From Psammoneis japonica (taxonomy: Eukaryota), in NCBI GenBank assembly GCA_008632985.1, contig QPGO01000008.1:414979-478978 (forward strand): 64,000 bases of DNA, in the 5' to 3' direction. The notes beneath the pieces are model-generated. The model was not told the DNA's origin. It was given only the letters and a program-made list of their open reading frames with translations, and ran no database searches. Every line of letters begins with the position of its first letter. Position 1 is the stretch's first letter. The position numbers were made by a program, and so were the translations under genes. Of this stretch, positions 11,777 through 25,700 are shown one piece after another.

Positions 11777-12698
11777 GTCGATAGCTATATTTTCTTACGT
11801 ACAATTCGTTTTTGTGGTGTTATAATGATGTGACCATGTCGAGCGATGACAAGCACAAGCACAGCATCCAGTCAGAAAACAACACATGCAACATCGCTCG
11901 CTCATCCTCTGCATCAGCATGTTTCGCGATACGAGAGATTCCCCGTAGATTCTACGCTACATACGTACCTTGTTCGGAATCGGATGGCGGATAAATTTTC
12001 ACAGTTTATTGATTCCGCATTCCCCATTCCGTTCAACAAGAACGTTCCGCTCATTTTCGTCATGATGACGTACGCACACCGCCACGCAGTAGTAGCAATG
12101 CTACGTATGTAGAAAATGTACTGCGGGACCGCCACCCATCATCCGTTCATCGGCGGAGAGCCAGTGCGTGGTCACACAACATCTTTGAAACCACAGGTAA
12201 GAAGTAAAATTGACCATGACCGTCGTTCCCCAGTCTCCGTAGTGTCTGATTGTGTCAAAAGAAGCGTGAAACACAGTCCCATCACTTCGTAAACTGGCTG
12301 AATGACTTATTCTTTCTCTCGCAGCTTTGAATTGGAAAAGATCGACCTGTGACTCGGATCGGAACGCAATTTCGGTGGGGCGGGTCGTCTCCGAACTGAT
12401 TTCCTTTCGCCTATGGACAGTCCATCCTTGTCATTGGCGTATGTCTTTACACATTGTAGACTGCTTTGTCGAAGAATAAGCCACGGCGGTGAATGAACAA
12501 TCCATCATTCGATTGTCATTGCCTGATCGTCCGCGATAATTTTCTTTTTTCGATGCATATTCGTCAAATCGTGCGTCCGTACAGAGTCTGCGTATGTTTC
12601 TACGTGATGACGCGCACTTGTCCGAGCTAAATTGTTCGCATGACGACAACGGAGTTTTTGCTCACTTTTTCATTTTTTTTCCCTCGCTTTCAGTGAAC

Positions 12699-13610
12699 AT
12701 GTCGTCCTCTACTGAATTTCTTGTCAACTTTCTTGCCGGAGGTGTCTCTGGTGCCGTCGCCAAGACGTGCACTGCCCCAATTGAGCGCGTGAAGCTTCTC
12801 ATCCAGACCCAGGATGCCAACCCTAAGATCATCAGCGGAGAGGTCCCTCGTTACACTGGTATCATTGACTGTTTCACCCGTGTTTCTAAGGAACAGGGTA
12901 TCGCTGCTTTCTGGCGTGGTAACTTTACCAACATTATCCGTTACTTCCCCACACAAGCCTTCAACTTTGCTTTCAAGGATTCCATCAAGGCTGTCTTCCC
13001 CAAGGCCGACAAGAACACGGAGTTTGCTAAGTTCTTTCTCATCAACATGGCATCTGGTGGCCTTGCCGGAGCCGGATCTCTCATGATCGTCTACCCTCTT
13101 GACTACGCCCGTACCCGTCTTGCCTCTGATGTCGGAACTGGAAAGAAGCAATTCAACGGTCTCGTGGACTGTTTGAAGAAGACCGTCCAGGCCCAGGGAG
13201 TCGGTGGACTTTACAACGGAATTGGAGTCTCCGTTGTTGGTATCATCCCTTACCGTGGTGTGTACTTTGGTCTCTTTGATACCCTCTCTGGATACAACCC
13301 CTACCAAAAATCCGAGAGCAACATCCTCCGTGCTGCCTCCAAGTTCGGTTGCGCCCAGTTCTCCGCCATTGCTGCCGGTTACGCCTCGTATCCATTCGAC
13401 ACTGTCCGTCGTCGTCTCCAGATGCAGTCCGAGAAGCCCGAGGCTGAATGGATCTACAAGGGTACTGCCGACTGCTTCGGAAAGATCATCAAGGAAGAGG
13501 GAACTGCTGCCTTGTTCAAGGGAGCTGGAGCTAACGCCCTTCGTACCGTCGGAGCCGCCCTCGTGTTGGTGCTCTACTCAGAGATCACGGCTGCTGTCAA
13601 CAAGAAATAA
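12699..13610 (+). CDS. AAC: mitochondrial ADP/ATP translocase
   Basis: APIERVKLLIQ, FWRGNFTNIIRYFPTQAFNFAFKD, YPLDYARTRLA, YPFDTVRRRLQMQ; strong codon bias. Confidence 0.97.
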   Translation: MSSSTEFLVNFLAGGVSGAVAKTCTAPIERVKLLIQTQDANPKIISGEVPRYTGIIDCFTRVSKEQGIAAFWRGNFTNIIRYFPTQAFNFAFKDSIKAVFPKADKNTEFAKFFLINMASGGLAGAGSLMIVYPLDYARTRLASDVGTGKKQFNGLVDCLKKTVQAQGVGGLYNGIGVSVVGIIPYRGVYFGLFDTLSGYNPYQKSESNILRAASKFGCAQFSAIAAGYASYPFDTVRRRLQMQSEKPEAEWIYKGTADCFGKIIKEEGTAALFKGAGANALRTVGAALVLVLYSEITAAVNKK

Positions 13611-14028
13611 GCTTCATCTTTATACGCGACGAGTTCATGTTGTTGCCGCTCTGTTTTGGACAATGCCGATTGGAATTTTGCTGAAAAAGAGGATTGGTTT
13701 ACTATTTTGTAATTGATTGATAAAGGATCACTAGAGAAGCCTACTGTTGTGACAGTTTAGTGGAATTCATCATCTGCGTTGGAGGAGCTTTGTCCTCTCT
13801 CATTATTACATACAGTCTGTACCGATTGTTACCTCATACCTGCATTGTTTAGCCTCTACTCAAATCAACGACCAAACGTAAGTCGCCGCAGTCACTGTCG
13901 TTTGCGAGCTCCGAGCTCCTCCGCCAGCAGATCTCGGTAATCCAAATCGCATGTCAACAACTTCAAACTGAACTGAAAGCACAGTGACAAAGGTGTTGGA
14001 CGGAGACATACGCTACAGTGTACATGCC

Positions 14029-14750
14029 ATGTCTTGGACGCTCTCTGAACCTGTATTATCCTTTCAAGAATATCTTTTGTCGATACCAATAGATCCAAAT
14101 CTTTTTCGGTATTTCAGAATTGGATTGGCCGTCGGATTGATTGTCGTGATATTGTTGTCTGTGTTTCCAGGTAAGATAGCACGACAATTGGCATCGTTTT
14201 GGCGTCAGGTCGAACACAATATGCACTCAAAACACTGATGCTCATTTCTATGATTTGTTTCTTACTGCATTTTCAATTTCGCACCACTGTCTATTTAAAT
14301 TCAGGGAAACCATGGGGTATACCGTATGGGAACGATCGGACCGATCATGTCATGCAAGCCACAGAGAGTGTTCAAAGCAAAAGTACCTCGAAAAAAAATG
14401 GACAGGGAAAAATCGACACCCACGGTGACCAAGGAAGTGTTTCTAACCAAGAAGAAGAGAAGGCACAGGAGCTTACCTGTATGTTTTCACCACGACAACT
14501 GGAAATGATCCAGCAGCGTTTTGATTTGACCCATGATGAACTGAAACGTATTGTTCATGACTCGCAAAGACAGGACCTGACAAACCGCGTCATCAACGAC
14601 AAAGAACTCTGGACAGAGCATCAGAAATTCAATGCCGCGGTGTACCTGGTTAGTATAGTTGTGCTTGTTATCGTAATCAACGTCCAGTACAACCCGAGTT
14701 TTCGACGGGCGTGGACGCCTTTCCTGTCAAAAGAATCATGGGATAGTTAA
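14029..14750 (+). CDS. small two-TM membrane protein of unknown function, join(14029..14170,14305..14750)
   Basis: GTAAGA...TTCAG intron joins two ORFs in frame; hydrophobic segments near both ends. Confidence 0.6.
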
Positions 14751-15777
14751 GTCGATCAGTGATGTGGATTATGCTGAATCCACTAACAACCAGTGATTCT
14801 ACTATGCAACGACTTTATGAAAGGAGACACACGTGGCTTTCTAGAGGCTAGAGGAAGCTCCTCCAGGTGTTGGACTTTCATCTCTTGTAGTCAGCCTATG
14901 CGCAACGTCCCGACTCACTCTGAAACTTGAACTGAAAAAGAAAAGGGCTCGGTCCTCGGAGAGAATCAAATGATTTTTGTGACGCCAGAGAGACCGTCCA
15001 TTCCAGTATTTCAAAACGAGCAATGCCAACGACCAGTCTCTTAATCCACTTTCCCACTCTCAAAATTGCAGTATTCTCTGATGACAGCCAAGAAAAAGCA
15101 CCATCGAATGAAACTACCGCATCCATAACCCTTAGTGTGCGACGCAAGAAGCTAATAGAAGATCGACTGATTCGACAGCGGCGCGCATAGCGGTTCTTAT
15201 TTACAATGTTGGTGGTCGAAGATTATTCTGATGATCTTCTAACACCTCGAGTTCTTGCCGATTGGTGCAATGTCACCTACTCGGAGTACTTATTATCTTG
15301 TCGAATTTGAAATTGTGAAGCCCATCGCCATCGCTCCTCTCGGCGGAAGTAGACTAGGTGCTTAGCATCGATGTCGCCACTAAATGCTTTGTGATTTATG
15401 CCCTCCAAGTAATGACCATTGTTACGTTTATGCCTTTTGATGTCTGTCTCTGGTTTTGCTACACTAGCACCAGTCATTCGACACTCCCTAGACATTACAA
15501 CTAACATTCATTCCACTCAAAGGCAACGGGTTAATTATGCCTTCGCGACCAGTTCGTGACTCGGGATGAATCTTTCTCTTGGCGTATTTATGGCAACCAC
15601 GAACACAAAAATGACGCAAGGTACGACCCCGACTTGGATTGGACTGGTACCGTACGGCATGGTACGAGTACCGATCGAGTATCTGACTTCGTACGAGTGT
15701 CAAAGAGTGTAAAGGCAACACAAGCAAACCAGCAACAAAGAGTCGAACAACCCCCTTGTATCCTATTCGTACTTATC

Positions 15778-16566
15778 ATGGCTAGTAGATTCGCCTTCAT
15801 CAAAAGTCTAATTGTTTTGTTTGAAATATTTTCAGTCGGGCATGCTGGGGAAGAAGGTATGCGACGAACGCAGAAGGTGTCGCTCCCGAATTTTCGTTCC
15901 GTGATTCTCATTGTGTACTTTGCGAAACGATTGTCAAATACTACTCTGATCGTGCTCTGTCTTGTGTTAATTCTACTATCAACCGGCTATGTTCAATATG
16001 TAGGTGCAAACGATCATCATCTTCGGGGCGCCGACCAGGTGGAGTTATCTTTTCGAATGCTAAGTCCCGAAGACAATGCCGAACTGTGCGCGTTGTGTTT
16101 CAAACACGACTGCGATGAAGAAACAAATGACCCGTTTTGCGGAGCGCATCAAGAAAAATGTGATGCCGTTGATTGCTCGGCGCATGATGCTAAAAATAAG
16201 GAAAAATACTGCAAGAGATGCCACGATCTCAACAGATGCGCCATGAGCTTTTCTCCTCAATGCAGCCGTTGTTCCAAGCTTGATTGCCCAAAGCGCTTAT
16301 CTAGCTGCGACGACTGCCATAATTATCATTGCTTTAACAGCGGGAAAAGAGAAAATTGGTGCATTTTGCATGACTGTGTCGCAGTCTGTCGACAAAGAGA
16401 CCACACCTCCCGTGGTGCTTGCAAGCGCTTTAAAGGCAAAGAACTGAAAGATTGCGAAGCCTGCAAAAAGTGCATGGACAACGGCTGCTTCGAATTGGGG
16501 GGCTCAGCTGCGGGAAGTCAGTGCAAGGAATGCAACAGAGATTGCTCCATTCTTCACTCGGGCTGA
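15778..16566 (+). CDS. secreted Cys-rich repeat protein, join(15778..15856,16004..16566)
   Basis: signal peptide MASRFAFIKSLIVLFEIFSVGHA, HLRG motif, about four CxxC-x4-5-C modules; in-frame GT-AG intron. Confidence 0.65.
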   Translation: MASRFAFIKSLIVLFEIFSVGHAGEEGMRRTQKVSLPNFRSVILIVYFAKRLSNTTLIVLCLVLILLSTGYVQYVGANDHHLRGADQVELSFRMLSPEDNAELCALCFKHDCDEETNDPFCGAHQEKCDAVDCSAHDAKNKEKYCKRCHDLNRCAMSFSPQCSRCSKLDCPKRLSSCDDCHNYHCFNSGKRENWCILHDCVAVCRQRDHTSRGACKRFKGKELKDCEACKKCMDNGCFELGGSAAGSQCKECNRDCSILHSG

Positions 16567-18850
16567 AGGAACATGTTGAGACCGCAAACGAAAACGACAA
16601 CCTAAGAACACCGCGAGAGAACCTGCATTTTACCTTTTTCAGCATGGCAGAACTGCACGTTTGAAAGACAGATGTGAATAACAAGTAGTAGAAATTACAC
16701 AGTCCTCAATGATCAGCCTGTGACAGCGTGTCGAGAGAGGGCGGATCACAGACCCTGCTAGAACTGAGAGACCTGACTTTGTGGTCTAAGCCAAAAATGA
16801 TGGGGGATGTAAGAGAAGAGGCGAGAGTGGTTGTTCCTTGCAGTGCCCCACAAGCACCGTGCAATGCTGACAGAGTGCCAGCCCACACCCCCAGCACATG
16901 CCAAACTGGGTGAGATGTGGAAGGGCTGACCCTTCCTTGGCATCATGCAACAATGGCACCAGTTCAAAATGGAGCCAAACTGTTCTTTTGTTCTTCAGGA
17001 GAGGCATGTGCAGTGTGCAATGCATCCCATGGTCAATCGTCTCCCTTTCAGTTTATGTTGTTCTTTCCTGTTGCCATTGTGGCAAACATTGTCATTGACT
17101 GAGCTCCCCATTGTGTTTTTGCTTTGGTTGTGATGAGGGCATGAGTGGCCCACCTCTGGATGAGATTTCTCTCAGCAACTGGACAGGCACAGATTCCACC
17201 CAACCTCGCACATTTGTTGTGCAACAGCATGCCCAACAAAAGGCAAAGCCACCTCACCCAAATCTTTGGCAACTGCCATGGAAAACTTTGCTTTGTCTGT
17301 GAATCCCTTTGCTGCCGTGCACTCACGTGTGCGCAGCAGGTTGTCCTGTGGGTTCTTGCACACCACGTGGTCCATCCCACAATGCTGATGAGCCCCAGTG
17401 ATTTGCGATGCTGTTGTGAGTGCCACAAGCACAAAATGGCACCAGCACTTTGCAAGTCTTCTCAATGATGCATCAAGGTTGTTTGAAACAAGATTGTTGG
17501 TGCAGGCATGAACTCCATTGGCAGAGCTGTCACAGCTGTGGTGAATGACGGCACAGATCAGCAAGAAGATCTCCTCTTCCAAAACCTTCTGACTCTTTGG
17601 CGCCACAAGTGCTCATCAGAGAAACAGGCCCATGAATGTCTCAGTCAACTGATGTGAGAGTTCCTGAACTCTGTTTGCTTTGGTCACTTAGATGTTGTGC
17701 ACACACTGCCTGCACAATGTGGTTGTCTCACTCGCCACTTCCATGATGATTTTTCAACTGTGCTTTGGAGTCAGATGTGCAGAGTGTGGCCCAAGTTGGC
17801 CATTTCAGATGACCTGCTTTGCTGTGCTGTGAGAAGCCCAATCCCTTGTCACTTTTGCTGTGGAGCTTGATTGTCAGACGCCCTCTGTCAACACAGTCCT
17901 TTCTCAACAAAGTCAAAATGCTGTCAACAGCTTAGACAACAAAACAACTTTTTGTTGGCTTGTTGATGTTTTGCTGCTTTCAGTGGCAGGTTCAGCCAAA
18001 TGCACTGATGTGCCAAAATCAATGCTGGGTGTTGCAGCACACTGTGTGCACAACAGCTGGTGTTGTTCCCAAGCTCTTTGTGCTGCTGTTTGCTGGCTGG
18101 TGCGTTGATGGCGCAATGCCATCATGCTGTTCCTAGAGTTGTGCCTGGTTTGGGCCACTTTGGACTTGGAATCTTTTCTTTTTTCTTTGCTTGTTGTTGT
18201 CTGAAGAGTTTTCTGTCCCAGCGCTGCACTGCTTTGTCTTTCCCCCCACTGCCATTGCTTGAGACAGCACTGTCATGGCTTGCTTTTTTCTTGATGCCCT
18301 TGGCATTCTTGACAGTGTGCTCTTCTTTTCTTTGCCCATCTTGGACCTTCTCTTGAGCTCTTTCTTCTTGTCAAGCACAGCATCTTTTGTGGGCTCCCTG
18401 TCTGTTGCTGTGACCTCTTGGCAGAGCAGGCTGAGCCTCTTGGCTTTTCCTTCTGGGGCACTTTCTCCTTTCCACCCCAACCTCCATCATCTCTCCCTTG
18501 ACTCTTTCTGCCACCATGAGAAGACCTTTGTTGAACAGAGCTGCAGTGTCAGCAACAGCTCACCCCAGCATCTCAGATGACAATTGTTGGCTGCTTGCCG
18601 CTCATTGCACACTCTTTGCTGTGGTGATTTGTGTGGCACTGTTTCTTTTTGCACCTGCAGCAGCCTTTGACACACTTTTTCACTCCAATCTCCCTCCATT
18701 TCCTGATGCCCATTCTTGCATGCTGAGCTTGCTGCCAGCTGCAAGCTTTTGCATCACTGTGTGGCACCTTCTTGCTGCACACAACAAGCTGGACTTCTCA
18801 GCAAAAAGTCTTGACTTTGGGGGCAGCTCTTTGCAAGCCAGCACATTGTT

Positions 18851-18881
<31 letters not shown>

Positions 18882-21800
18882 TGATGGGTTGGTGCTCCAT
18901 TTTTCTTCCATTTGCTTTTCAGCACAGCTGGCACACTTGGCTGGTCAGAACACCATGGAGTTGGTGGACATGGCCCTCTTTTTGGCATCATTGGCACGTG
19001 TTGTTTTCTGTCTGACAGACATCTGAGATGGGGAGTGCACTCCCTTGTGTTGGACAGACTGGCATGGACAGCATGGAGAGATCCAATGATCTCTCCTTTG
19101 CTCACTTTCTTTCTCATCCAGGGCATGATTGTCATCTGTCCCAGATGTCTGTCAGATTGTCCCTCATGCCGGCAGTCCACAACTGTCAAAATGGCACGGC
19201 ATGGTTTGCAAGAGAATTTGCTCACTGTGTGCACTGGCCTTGGGTGTTGGAGCATGCTCATCTTCCATCTCATGCCCACCTTGCTTGTGCCCACCCTCAC
19301 ACCTCACACCTGCGGCGCCACTTTTTTGCAGTGCTGCTGCCACAATCACAAAAAAACTGACAAGCAAGCAACAAAATTTGGTGAGTGCAAGTGCACAGCC
19401 ACTGTGAGCTTGCCTTTCCTTGCACGTTTTCCCAGATGACAATTGGCTCAAGACTCAACCCTGCAATGACGCCAAATGAAAGTGTCATGGTTTTCCCTTG
19501 TGCAAATGTTCAGCTGCTCTCCGAACACCTGCAACCCTCTTCTCACCCACAAAAGGCTTTGGTTGATGCAATGAAGCGCCAGCGCAAATTCCCTTGCCAC
19601 AGCATTTTCCTGCCTTGGCTGTTTCTGCTCTTCATGGTGTCACAGCCAATGACCAAAAAATGTGAGGCAAATCTGCCACACAAAGCTGCAAGTTTCTGCA
19701 GCAACAACTGCACAATTGAGTGGTCAGCATGCTGCCTGCCCATGTTGTGGAGACACAGCTTCCAGCAGATCACACATGGCCCACTTCAACAAATGACCTC
19801 AGCTGCAAAATGTTCTCTCTCTCTCTCTTTCCATTTCCCATGACACTCACAACAAAGCTCGCATGTCAGATGGGGTTGAGCAAGCAAGAAGTTCAGAGCC
19901 AATTGCAAGTTGAGGCACAGCCAGACCTGCTCTCCACCTGGTTTTCTTGCACATGCAACCACTGACAAACTCAAAGCATTTCTGCCTCTGCCACACCTGA
20001 GGAGTCCAGTGAAACAGCGCCAGCACCACTCTCTGCTCAATTCTTGTGTGCACAGCTCACCAGCCAACAACTCAAAGCATTCCCATCTGTGGCGTGCCTG
20101 AGTCCAACAAAGAGCGTGTCCTGGGATCTGTTTGTCTGTTGCGCAACACAGAGAAATCAAGTTGAGAAGCACAAGAAGAAAGGAGAGCTGGGAGAACAAA
20201 CATGAGTTGCACCAAAACCACCCTTGGCATTCCACGTTAAACTCACTTGCCTGTGCAGCCCACCAAAAAACAACTCAAAGCATTCTTGCATTTGCCAGGC
20301 CCAAATCCTGCAAGGATGAGGTGAGTCCAGGCATCTGTTGAGATCTTTGATGCTGAAAAAAATCCAAATGGCAAGAGATTGCAGAAAGAAGCATTGTGAG
20401 TGCTGCTCATTGCATTGTTTGCAAGACAGAGGTGTGCTCTTAACCAGAGCTCATTTTGCAACAAAAAAATGGTGCAACCACACTTTCACATTGTCGGGTG
20501 AGCAGCAAGAGCTTCTGGGGTCATTCTCCAGCCCAGCGCAAACCTTGCGCTCATGCCACACCAAGTTTCCAGCTGCAAAAGAAGAGAAGCACGCAATTTT
20601 GCTGACATCAGAAAACAAAGCATTGCACTCCACTCACATGGTCAGCAGCAGATGTCTTGACAATTGCTTTTCATCTGTTGGCTGGTTGTTGATTTTGTTG
20701 GTTGACTGGGGGGTGTGGCAGCAAGAGGAAAATGCTTGGCAGGGCGACAATGGGAGGACCCCATGATGGCTTGCTGATTCTGTTAGATGGAAGTTGCCAA
20801 CCACCGCATGCAGAAAAATGTGCATCATCATGGCACAGCGCACGCTCTCATTGTGAGATGGTGTGCAGAGCTTTGGCACACAAGCAGCAAGAACACCAAA
20901 AAATGAGCAGCACCAGGTGGTGCAAAAAGCTTCAAGAAAAATGAGCAGGGGTTGCAAGAGAGCAAAGTGTGGCAACAAGGAGGCAGCAGCCACGAGTGAA
21001 AAAAATGGGTGTCAGCACACAGGAGGGAAAAGGGTTTGAACATCACTGAGCAGGGGTGTGAACAAATGTTGTCCACAGCCATGCAAGAAAGTGGGCAAAA
21101 AGTGTGCGCTGTTTGCAAGGCAACATCAGCTGGGGCTGATTGTCCAAAATGATGGGGGGTGCAAATGTTGTCTCACAGCACAGTTGGAAGCTGAGCAGGA
21201 GTGCTTCCACAATGACGCCAATCAACACAACTTTGTTTTTCAAAAGTTTCAGAACAAAGGCAGCACAGTTGCTTTGACAAAAATTCAAAAACAAACCTGA
21301 GCATTGTGAGGTTGCAAGCAGTGGCACACCTGGTGTTCGTGTCCAACCTGCAGTGCATTGTTGCTGCTGGGTCATGCGGAAGGCTTCCAGCACACAGCAG
21401 CTGTGTGGCGGAACATGGCAACACATGCCATGTCTGCACTTGCTGATGCCAGAAATTTGGTGCTGCTGCAAGTGGCTGTTGTTGTCATTTTTTGTGTTTG
21501 GCTGGTTGTCTCTTTCCCTGTTTTGCCGCTGTCTTGTCAGCCTCAATCCAGGTGTGCAGCCCAACTTGGTGATCATGCATTGCAGCATTGCCTGCACCTG
21601 TGTTCTGAGCTGGTGTTTTGTGTCCAGCAGATGTGGTGCTTGAGGTTCTTGCCCCTGCCATCAAAGTTGCAGCTTGTGCAACAATCTTTCTTCTTGTGAA
21701 TGTCGTGCTGCCTCCCTTGGCAAGTGTCTCCAATGCACCCATTGGACCAACCAGTCTCTGACCCTCTGCATGTTGGATTTGTTGCCATGCTGTGTCCCTC

Positions 21801-22743
21801 CTGCAGACAATGTTGGATGTCAGGTTGAGAGGTGCACTTCAAAATCTTTTGGCTCTGACCTCAGAGAGCCAAGGAAATCCCAGAAAAATGGCTGTCATCA
21901 GGGGAAAGTTGTTTGAGCAATCCTCTGGTGGTGGCTGTGTGCAGCCCAGCACACAGAGGTGCGTTGGCCTGCTGCCCACATCATTTGCTGTCATTGCTGC
22001 TCCTGCTGCTGTTGCTGCTGTTTTGTTGTTCTGCCTGCCATGATTTGGTGGTGGGAAATGGCAAGCATTGACTCATTTTGCACAGTGGCTGCTGTGCTTC
22101 CTGGAGTGTGTTTTGCAGCATTGTCACATGTTGGTGGTTCAGCAATTTGGTGGTTGGCTGGTGACAACTGTCTCCAGTGCATGTGGTGCACAGAGATGGA
22201 AGGAAGGGCAGCTGCTCAAACTGCTGAGCATGGGTCAGGGGTGAGCTTGACAAGAACCTGATCACAGATCCAGTCATGAGGAGAGGTTTGGAGCTCCTGT
22301 CCATTGTGCTGTTGAGCTCCCACAGCATCCCATGACAAAGCATGCCACTCACACTGCATCACACTGTGAAGCTGCAGTGGTGCCATGGGGTGCAAGAGAA
22401 CCAGGTGCTGTGATTGTGACAACTGTTGCTTTGTTGCAAATGCCAAAAAGCAAATGACAAGAAGAGATGAGAGCATTGAAGAACCAAGCACAACAGCCAG
22501 CCAGCCCCCTCCATGCAAAGTGCACTCCATGTGGACATGACCACCAAGGCATGAGAGTGGGTGAGGCAGAAGCACCTGCGGCTTCTGTTTTGGGCACTGG
22601 TTGACTTCAAAGCCAGGACTCAACTGCCTCTTGCGCACCCACTTTGTCAGTGATGACATGAGGCCAAGACCCAGTTCAGCAAAGTGCTCAACAACTGTCA
22701 AAGTGTCACTTGAAAAGCAACAATGAGGAAACAATGAACAAGA

Positions 22744-25700
22744 GTGCCACACACAGAAATCTTGTGCAAGCTGCTGGGAGTGCTTGACAAGCAAGCCAGA
22801 TTTGAGGTCAGTTGCGAGGAGGTGCAAAAGGAGGCATTGCTTGTGTGCTCATGTTGGCTCAAAGGGAAGCCCATGTCTGAGGGACAAAGCTTTTTTCAGA
22901 TGTCAAAGAGCATGGTGCAGCAGTTGAGACTCTGGATGATTGTGTGGCTGTGGCCAAGGAGAAAATGGCTGTTGAGGATGAGCGAGCCAGAGAAATTGGC
23001 GATGCAATGGTCTGGACATGATGTCAAAAATCTTGCACTCTGTGACACCAAAGGGTCAGAAAAAGAATGTTCTGCTGACAAGCTGACTTTTTTGTGCCTT
23101 TGTGTGGACAAGATTAAGAACTCTGACACTGATCTGACATTTTGCAGTTTTGAAAAACAGCTCTGTTGGCTGAGCAAGCTGGCGCATGGAGGGTGCCACC
23201 CCGTGCACACTCGCAAGTCCTCAAACTCATTGTGCAGCACTTTTGCTTTGTGCACCCAGCAGCAAACAGCATGGTGATTCAGCAGCTGCTTCTTCAGTTG
23301 CTTTGGGCTGCAGCAAAAAGAGCTCAGTTGCATCCATGGGCCAAACCAGCAGTTGGAACGGAAGAAAAAAAGCGGACATGAAAAGCTCCTGGGGTCTGAG
23401 ACAAGAGCAGGGTTGCCAGAGGAGTTGTTGGCTGTCAAAGATGCAAATGATGAAAAAAAATGGCAGCAGTGTCATCAAGCTGGCCATGCAAGGAATCAAA
23501 GATGTCCTTTTCAACCAAGGTGGCACACACAATGCACAGTGGGGGCACTTGGCATTTTCTGAGGACGGCCTGCTGCTCAACAGTCAAATGAGGCCAGCAG
23601 CTGCTCAGCAATGGGTGGCAACACTTCCATGCACTGGGCAGAGAGACAAAGAAGAGTCTTCATGATTTCTTCAAAATGCCCAGCAAACAAGGCACCCAGT
23701 CCACTGAGGATTAGAGTGCAGTGTGGGTGCAGCCATGGCTGGTGGATCTGACATCACAGAAAAGTGCCTTGGAAGAGGGAGCCATGCAGCAAGCACTTTG
23801 AACCAAATGAGATGTGCACCATTGCTCACAGCACACATCCACAACATCTGAAAGAGTTCAAAAGACAAAAGAAAGAAACAGAAGGTGTGAGCCAGCTGTG
23901 GTGCACGGTGCAAGGGCTCAACAAAAGAGGCCATCTCATCTGCAGAGAGACTCACCATCACCTTGCAGAAAATCTCAGACTTTTTGCATTCTGACAAGGT
24001 TTTGCACCAAGAGAAAACACAAACAAATGCAAGCACTTTGTGCCTGCAGGAGTTGCACACATGAAGGGCAACAGGAGATGTGTGACCTCCACAAGGCATG
24101 ACACTTGCCACAGTGTCTGTGATGAAGAAATGTTTGGTTTGTGGAGCTGACTCTGAAAAGCCAAACAAGCCACATTCAATGCAGGAGGAGGTTCTCCAAG
24201 AGTGCACAAAGTTGCCAAGGAGACAAGACAGCATCAAGGGCAGCTTGAAGCTTCTCAACAAATGTGCGCATGCCCATCATGGCGATTGCAGCAAGTGGGC
24301 ACACAGGCCCATTTTTGTTCTTGCCAAAATGTCCGCCACTTGCCAAGTTGCTGCAATTGTGCAACAAAGCCAGAAGAGAGTGGCCTCAACAAGCCATTGA
24401 AAAAACACATGAGACAGAAGACTTTTTGGGGGGTGGGTGGCTGCAAATGCAACATCAGTGCCAGACTTCTCCTGCTGTCATCACTTTGATCAGCATGGAA
24501 AGTTTTCCACCTCCAAACTTGTGTGGCTGTCTGGAGAAGCTTTTGTGCAAGTGGGGGACAATGCCAGAATTGCCGCTGCCCAACATTGACAAGAGCAGGA
24601 GAGCTGAGAGTGCAAGAAAGATGAGAGTGGCACCTCAGCCCATGAATGAGACAGGGAAGGGAATGGGTCATTTGCTGTTCAAGACAAAAATGAGCCCTTC
24701 TACTTCCAGGAGGCTTGTTGCAGGGACAGTTGCACACACTGTTTGTTCCTGAGGGCAAGTGCAGAGAACCCAACAAGTGAAGCAAAAAGAGACCGCAAAG
24801 GGAAGAGTGTGTGTGCAAATGGGACAAAAAGTTTGCTGATTGCCTGCTGCATGTTGCCTGAAATGGACCCAGTGACTGGCAAAAGAAGGGGCCACAAAAT
24901 GTGTGCTTGTTCTCTCTGACAAAATGATGGACCACAACTTTGTTCACAAAAAATGTGCCAAGGTGGCCCACCCTTCAAGCAAAGATGGGTGCAAGCAACT
25001 GAGTCTGATGGCACCACCTGTGGTGACAATGGAGTTGCAGCCCAGGAAGAGTTTCTCACTTGGTTGTGAGGATGTGAAAGAGTTCATGTCTTGCCTCCTG
25101 AAGGATGCATTTGAGGAGCACACAGCACACAACACACTGTGCTGGAAAGCAAGGCATGATTGGGGCTCAAAGTTGAACAAGATCTGGCGCTCCGTTTGCT
25201 TTGTTGAGTGCAAAAGCATGACAAAAGAAATGCTTGCACCCAGAGGCTCACAATTGCAGCATCACTCACTTGGCCCACAGAGTGCTTCTTTCTTGAAATG
25301 GCCAAAGCAACCCCTGACGTGCATGTGCAAAGAATGTCACATTTTTTGAACACAGCAAAGAATCTGGAAGCACAGCTTGCAATCACACAATGATGGCTGG
25401 TGCTGTCTCTGCCCCAAAGATGGGGAAAGTGAGCAACAGCCATGGGGCAGAGGCATTCCTCAATGAAAAGCAACTGCCTGGAGGAGTCAAAAGTGACTCT
25501 CCAATCATTTTTTGCTGGAGAGGGGCCCGGGTTGGCAAATTGGAGCAAGTCCACCAGAGCCGCTGTTTCCAACAATGTGTGAGTCACATTTGTGTCGTCA
25601 ATGGGGTGGCGCTGCAAAGGACAGCATCAAGGAATGAAAGCTTTTTTTAGCTGGCAAATGCTCCAAACAAAGAACGTGTGGAAGCCAAAGACATGCTCAG

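Noticed and set aside
12690..13307. Long antisense ORF over the ADP/ATP carrier (and similar ones over PSMB3 and 38649-39287)
   Set aside because: Expected shadow of strong codon bias in highly expressed genes.
17172..17400. Minus-strand RECTAAKGFTD...VGHAV resembling C5-MTase motifs IX-X
   Set aside because: Spacing is off, no upstream motifs I/IV/VI were found, and the key R/C residues could be mutator-converted Tyr.
24270..24310. GDCSKW as RdRp motif A of an endogenous negative-strand RNA virus
   Set aside because: The following HRPI, QK.F, QG and FAD motifs fit a LINE-type reverse transcriptase much better.
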